From positions 1,728,001-1,792,000 of the forward strand of contig CAWAIF010000003.1 of assembly GCA_963782055.1 (NCBI GenBank): 64,000 bases of DNA, read 5' to 3'. The DNA is from an uncultured delta proteobacterium (lineage in GTDB: Bacteria; Myxococcota_A; Polyangia; Polyangiales; Polyangiaceae). A program made the position numbers and the translations under genes. The stretch's first letter is position 1. Each line of letters opens with the position of its first letter. A model generated the notes under the pieces. It ran no database searches and was not told the DNA's origin. It saw only the letters and a list, made by a program, of their open reading frames with translations. Shown here piece after piece: positions 63,154-64,000 of the stretch.

Positions 63154-64000
63154 TCACGCCGCGCAGACGAAGTCTGCGCCCTCGACGAGGTGGTGCTCGC
63201 GCATCCACGCGCGCACCGCCTCGCGCGCGCCCGGCGCCCCGACGGCCACGACGATCGTCGCCGCGCCGGGCCGGATCGCCTCCGGCGCCAGGACGGGCGC
63301 GCCGCGCGCCGTCCGGCCGAGCTTGTCCGGGTCGATGTCGACGAACGCCGCGGCGTGTACGCCCTCCGGCTCCAGCGCGCGGGCGAGGCGCTTGCCCGTC
63401 TGCCCCGCGCCCCAGACCCAGAGGGGGCGAGTGGTCCGGCCCAGCCACGCCGCGAGGTAACGGGCCCGCGCCTCGAGCAGACGCTCCGGCGCGCACCGCG
63501 GGTCGGCGAAGGTGGCGCGGCCGTCGCGCTGGCGCCAGGCGAAGAGCTCGCGGTCCACCTTCGCCATGCCGACGCCGCGCGCGTGCATGCGCAGCCAGAG
63601 GTCGTAGTCCTCCGGCCAGGGAGTGTCGCGATAGCCGCCGGCGGCCTCCAGCGCCGCGCGGCGCATCAGGACCGAGGGGTGGCACAGCGGCGACTCGACG
63701 AAGACGTCGCGCGCGTGGTCCTGGGGCGTGAGCAGCGCGTTCTGCCAGGCGAGGTAGCGCGCGAGGCCCTCCGCCGGGCCGAGACCTCGCACGCGGCAAC
63801 CCACCACGCCCAGCCCGGGGTCCGCCTCGAGCATCGCGCGCTGCGCGGCGAAGCGGCCGGGGAGGGAGACGTCGTCGGCGTCCATCCGCCCGACGAGCTC
63901 GCCGCGGGCACGCTCGAGGCCCGCCGCGAGCGCGCGCGCGATGCCCACCGACTCGGTCGTCAGGTGCACCACGCGTGAGTCGCCCGGGGCGCGCGCCACC
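63154..64000 (-). CDS. Glycosyltransferase family 2 with C-terminal Rossmann-like domain; 5' end off the window
   Basis: GRMDADD, HPSVLMRR, EDYDLWLR and WVWGAGQTG. Confidence 0.9.
   Translation of the reverse strand, partial: VARAPGDSRVVHLTTESVGIARALAAGLERARGELVGRMDADDVSLPGRFAAQRAMLEADPGLGVVGCRVRGLGPAEGLARYLAWQNALLTPQDHARDVFVESPLCHPSVLMRRAALEAAGGYRDTPWPEDYDLWLRMHARGVGMAKVDRELFAWRQRDGRATFADPRCAPERLLEARARYLAAWLGRTTRPLWVWGAGQTGKRLARALEPEGVHAAAFVDIDPDKLGRTARGAPVLAPEAIRPGAATIVVAVGAPGAREAVRAWMREHHLVEGADFVCAA

Overview
Very GC-rich bacterial chromosomal DNA, most likely Myxococcota (Polyangia-like). This rests on a MYXO-CTERM-type tail, many Cys-rich or Asp-Ala-Gly-linker lipoproteins, a eukaryotic-like Ser/Thr kinase and an RRM protein. 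The window holds about 50 densely packed CDS; I found no rRNA, tRNA, CRISPR array or transposase. Content from left to right: treS-pep2 fusion (partial) and glgE; a GT1/AKR/metallophosphoesterase operon; a GH25 muramidase with FG-GAP propeller; a kinase; an RND pair next to a lipoprotein-FadL-FadL-lipoprotein operon; an RRM module; GST, enoyl-CoA hydratase and MarR genes; a P-type ATPase; an Rv1683-like fusion; an orphan CysJ-like reductase; an SNF2 helicase; AraC; a second GH25 with a PLL-like lectin propeller; and a partial GT2. Main observations: (1) a perfect 35-bp inverted repeat enclosing a 13-bp tandem repeat, directly upstream of a sigma54-type promoter for a MarR gene; (2) two GH25 lysozymes, each with a different seven-repeat lectin-like propeller and each behind a sigma54 -24/-12 motif; (3) a SprT/WLM-like HEXXH protease ending in a beta-clamp-type motif (QLRLF); (4) a stand-alone protein resembling DnaK subdomain IIB; (5) a recurring -10-like hexamer 6-7 nt before start codons, suggesting leaderless transcription. 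Several starts were moved from the ORF track to more plausible codons. All family calls come from motif recognition, not database searches.
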